A stretch of 63,944 nucleotides of DNA, counting the filler, from Octopus bimaculoides (lineage: Eukaryota), in the NCBI RefSeq assembly GCF_001194135.2. It is 7 parts of 7 records of this genome, joined end to end, with 100 filler letters (N's around TTAATTAATTAA, not from the genome) between each part and the next. Parts side by side here need not be neighbours in the genome. Positions count along the whole stretch, not along the records: positions 61,767 to 63,944 come from NW_026435198.1; 6 more parts are not named here. The stretch is one strand, 5' to 3'. Below are positions 62,141 to 63,944 of the stretch, piece by piece; the stretch's first letter is position 1, and every line of letters begins with the position of its first letter. The position numbers were made by a program, and so were the translations under genes. The notes beneath the pieces were generated by a model. It made no database searches. It was not told the origin of the DNA and worked only from the letters and a program-made list of their open reading frames with translations.

Positions 62141-62999
62141 NNNNNNNNNNNNNNNNNNNNNNNNNNNNNNNNNNNNNNNNNNNNNNNNNNNNNNNNNNNN
62201 NNNNNNNNNNNNNNNNNNNNNNNNNNNNNNNNNNNNNNNNNNNNNNNNNNNNNNNNNNNNNNNNNNNNNNNNNNNNNNNNNNNNNNNNNNNNNNNNNNNN
62301 NNNNNNNNNNNNNNNNNNNNNNNNNNNNNNNNNNNNNNNNNNNNNNNNNNNNNNNNNNNNNNNNNNNNNNNNNNNNNNNNNNNNNNNNNNNNNNNNNNNN
62401 NNNNNNNNNNNNNNNNNNNNNNNNNNNNNNNNNNNNNNNNNNNNNNNNNNNNNNNNNNNNNNNNNNNNNNNNNNNNNNNNNNNNNNNNNNNNNNNNNNNN
62501 NNNNNNNNNNNNNNNNNNNNNNNNNNNNNNNNNNNNNNNNNNNNNNNNNNNNNNNNNNNNNNNNNNNNNNNNNNNNNNNNNNNNNNNNNNNNNNNNNNNN
62601 NNNNNNNNNNNNNNNNNNNNNNNNNNNNNNNNNNNNNNNNNNNNNNNNNNNNNNNNNNNNNNNNNNNNNNNNNNNNNNNNNNNNNNNNNNNNNNNNNNNN
62701 NNNNNNNNNNNNNNNNNNNNNNNNNNNNNNNNNNNNNNNNNNNNNNNNNNNNNNNNNNNNNNNNNNNNNNNNNNNNNNNNNNNNNNNNNNNNNNNNNNNN
62801 NNNNNNNNNNNNNNNNNNNNNNNNNNNNNNNNNNNNNNNNNNNNNNNNNNNNNNNNNNNNNNNNNNNNNNNNNNNNNNNNNNNNNNNNNNNNNNNNNNNN
62901 NNNNNAGTACCAGTTACTATCTCCTTCTGCTGCTACTACTATTACTTTACTGCTGCTACTGCTACTAATATCATAATAACAACAACAATAATGATAATC

Positions 63000-63213
63000 G
63001 TTTCTACTATTGGCACAAGGTCCTGAAATTTTGTGGGGGGGCAGAGGATTACATCGACCCCAGTGCTCAGTCGGTACATATTTTATCGACCTCGAAAGGA
63101 TGAAAGGAAAGCAAAGTCGACCTCGGCGGAATCTAAACTCAGAACGTAGTTACGGGCGAAATATCGCCAAGCATTTCGCCCAGCGTGCTAACTATTCTGC
63201 CAGCTCACCGCCT
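63000..63213 (-). mobile_element. SINE family B adjacent to an (AAT)n array (63214-63310)
   Basis: Full reverse-complement match to the B copies. Confidence 0.9.
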
Positions 63214-63215
63214 TG

Positions 63216-63301
<86 letters not shown>

Positions 63302-63944
63302 AATGATGATAAACTAGAGTACAGATTTCTAGCCTCAACAGTTTCTATAATCCGAAGACAGAGATGCTGGGATGCCAGGAATTAATTAAAATTTTGGTCG
63401 CTTTTAACGTTGATTTTTGAGCTGAGATGATAAACCTATTACTTCCTAGAAAGATACTTAACATGTTTCATCTAGTTGCTCTTTGAAGAGAAGCTTCAGG
63501 AGTGAGTTAAGTGGTAAAGTACTGGTTATTGGGCCAGCTCCAAATGGACTCCATCTATAGCGCAAAGAAATCAGAGCTGAATCACAGAAGCCGGTAAGAA
63601 TATGTCTATGGCATACCATTTCTATTTCGCATAGACGGATCAATTAACTTCAACATCCAGCACACGGTCTCCCTCTTTTTCTCCCTTCCCCACTCCCTCA
63701 TTCTATCTCTCTACATATATATATATATATGTATATGTATATGCATGTGTGTGTGTGTGTGTGTGTCTGTCTCTCACCTACAAGCGACGTCTACGTTTCT
63801 GACACAATTTTCTTCGCAATTCTTTCAGTCTTCTCCTTGTGTGTGTGTGTGCGTGCGTGTGTGTGTGTGTCTAAGTGTGTGTATACATACATACATACAT
63901 ATATATATATATACATGAATATATATATATACATATATATATAT

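Overview
Repeat-dominated animal genomic DNA. It is very rich in microsatellites and has many N gaps, six of which carry an artificial TTAATTAATTAA linker. The repeat content is most consistent with an octopus draft assembly (inference from repeat style, not verified). I found no recognisable host protein-coding exon. Content: three tRNA-derived SINE families (labelled A, B, C here) in many copies; decayed LINEs of RTE, CR1-like, R4/Dong-like and probably Tx1/L1 type; a 3'-truncated Ty3/Gypsy element with 5' LTR, tRNA-Trp primer-binding site and gag-PR-RT-RH-IN (20630-24539, minus); Tc1/mariner relics; and MITEs. Main findings: (1) a non-LTR element inserted into the head of a SINE-B copy with both junctions and a CGGT duplication visible (1241-2350), a candidate SINE-targeting Tx1-like retrotransposon, which also carries an inverted 5' end of a paralogous family; (2) a minimal Penelope-type hammerhead ribozyme at 35829-35865; (3) an RTE with twin-priming 5'-inversion architecture (3571-5782); (4) a 65-bp-arm foldback element (56103-56253); (5) a locally templated insertion flanked by a 23-bp duplication (58554-58727). 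Most ORFs in the supplied track are microsatellite or N-gap artefacts.
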